This document shows, piece by piece, positions 62,954-64,000 of a stretch of 64,000 bases of DNA. The DNA lies in assembly GCA_964654485.1 (NCBI GenBank), contig CAZZJI010000007.1, positions 3,276 to 67,275 on the forward strand. Direction: 5' to 3'. The translations under genes and the position numbers were made by a program. This DNA comes from an uncultured Gammaproteobacteria bacterium (GTDB lineage Bacteria; Pseudomonadota; Gammaproteobacteria; SG8-11). The notes beneath the pieces were generated by a model. The model did no database searches. It was not told where the DNA came from and saw only the letters and a list, made by a program, of their open reading frames with translations. Every line of letters begins with the position of its first letter. Position 1 is the first letter of the stretch.

Positions 62954-64000
62954 ATGCGTATCTCAACCAGTCAATTGAGCCAGACGGCGGTCAACGCCAT
63001 GTTGGACCAGCAGGCAAAATTAAGTAAAACTCAGCTACAACTTGCGATCGGGAAAAAAGTTATCACAGCGGCGGATGACCCGGTTGCGGCGGCTCGGATA
63101 CTGGATCTTACGCAGATAATTAAGCAAACTGAACAATTTCAGAAAAATGCGGATGCAGCGAATTCACGTTTACAACAGGAAGAGGGAACGCTAAGCGGTA
63201 TTACAAATATATTGCAAGGTGTGCGCCAATTAACGGTTCAAGCGAGTAATACCATTCAATCAAATGAAGACCGGGCATCGATTGTCACTGAATTGCGGCA
63301 AAAACTGGACGAACTGCTTGCATTAGCCAATACAAAAGACAGCAATAATGATTTTTTATTCTCAGGCTTTCAAGGTAGCGCGCAGCCGTTTGCATTTGAT
63401 GCGGTTAGCAACACGTTTACCTACGCCGGTGATGATGGCCAACGACAGGTGCAAGTGGGCGCCACGCGGCAAATTGCCGATGGTGATTCCGGCACCGATG
63501 TGTTTCGCGCTATTCGTAATGGCAACGGTACGTTTTCTATCAATGCCGGTGCTAATACCGGGGCAGCCGTTATCGAGCCGGGAACAAGAGTGGGTAATTT
63601 TATCCCCGATACCTATACGTTAACCTTCGCAGAACCCACACCCGGTAACTTTACCTATACTGTTACCGATAGCGCTGCTGCGGTGATTGCCGGGCCAACA
63701 GCGTATCAGGATGGCGCAACGATCGATTTGAGCACGGTCGGGGTGCAAACCTCTATTTCAGGTACACCCGCCAATGGCGATACGTTTGTTATCACACCCA
63801 GTGCCAATCAAGATATTTTTCAAACCGTAAAAAATATTATCGATGTGATGGAGATCAGCGTGACCAATCCCGCCGGAACAGCGAATCTTCGCAATGAATT
63901 GAATCGCGGTCTGGTGGCGATGGATCAAGGCATGGAAAATATTATCAATATACGTGCGCGTGTTGGCGCAAGGTTGAATAATATTGACAGTCAGAGAGAT
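62954..64000 (+). CDS. flgL: Flagellar hook-associated protein 3 FlgL (3' partial; runs off the window)
   Basis: ATG at 62954 two nt after the flgK stop. Reads MRISTSQLSQTAVNAMLDQQAKLSKTQLQLAIGKK…, a flagellin-like N-terminal domain, apparently open to the window end. Confidence 0.75.
   Translation, partial: MRISTSQLSQTAVNAMLDQQAKLSKTQLQLAIGKKVITAADDPVAAARILDLTQIIKQTEQFQKNADAANSRLQQEEGTLSGITNILQGVRQLTVQASNTIQSNEDRASIVTELRQKLDELLALANTKDSNNDFLFSGFQGSAQPFAFDAVSNTFTYAGDDGQRQVQVGATRQIADGDSGTDVFRAIRNGNGTFSINAGANTGAAVIEPGTRVGNFIPDTYTLTFAEPTPGNFTYTVTDSAAAVIAGPTAYQDGATIDLSTVGVQTSISGTPANGDTFVITPSANQDIFQTVKNIIDVMEISVTNPAGTANLRNELNRGLVAMDQGMENIINIRARVGARLNNIDSQRD

Noticed and set aside
1-64000. CRISPR arrays, integrases or transposases
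   Set aside because: None found: no regularly spaced direct repeats and no tyrosine or serine recombinase or DDE motifs in any ORF. The islet and repeat calls therefore rest on tRNA remnants and composition only.

Overview
This is a 64 kb window from a gamma-proteobacterium-like chromosome of about 40% GC. The taxonomic guess rests on the yafS-rnhA-dnaQ, yejABEF and polar-flagellum cheV-cheR-flgBCDEFGHIJKL gene orders. Going 5' to 3', the window contains the following.

- A yejABEF-type peptide/microcin ABC importer (1-7.7 kb) with a duplicated dual-NBD ATPase, then a lipoprotein and an extended MltD-like LysM lytic transglycosylase.
- A minus-strand operon of a class II aldolase-like protein, a B12-binding radical SAM enzyme and a signal-peptide CxxCH protein.
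- A cation-transport cluster (P-type ATPase, CPA antiporter, NhaD) surrounding yafS-rnhA-dnaQ.
- An exopolysaccharide trio (ugd, galE, priming sugar transferase) whose genes are separated by four copies of a perfect 15-bp inverted-repeat element.
- The prkA-yeaH-spoVR stress triad.
- A tRNA-Arg(CCU)-anchored islet at 35-39.6 kb. It carries an M6-family metalloprotease fused to an unrecognised C-terminal domain of about 75 aa, which recurs in two adjacent stand-alone small ORFs. It also carries a tRNA-Arg pseudogene fragment and a tRNA/tmRNA-like 3' remnant. This is the most novel-looking region.
- An ArsS-like radical SAM/Cys-rich + DUF2064 + DedA-FAD oxidoreductase cluster.
- A TonB-dependent receptor with exbB-exbD-tonB, preceded by Fur boxes.
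- A polar flagellar region: ycgR-like PilZ, flgN, flgM, flgA | cheV, cheR, flgB through flgL.

No integrase, transposase or CRISPR array was seen. All calls are from reading the sequence and from remembered family signatures; no searches were run.
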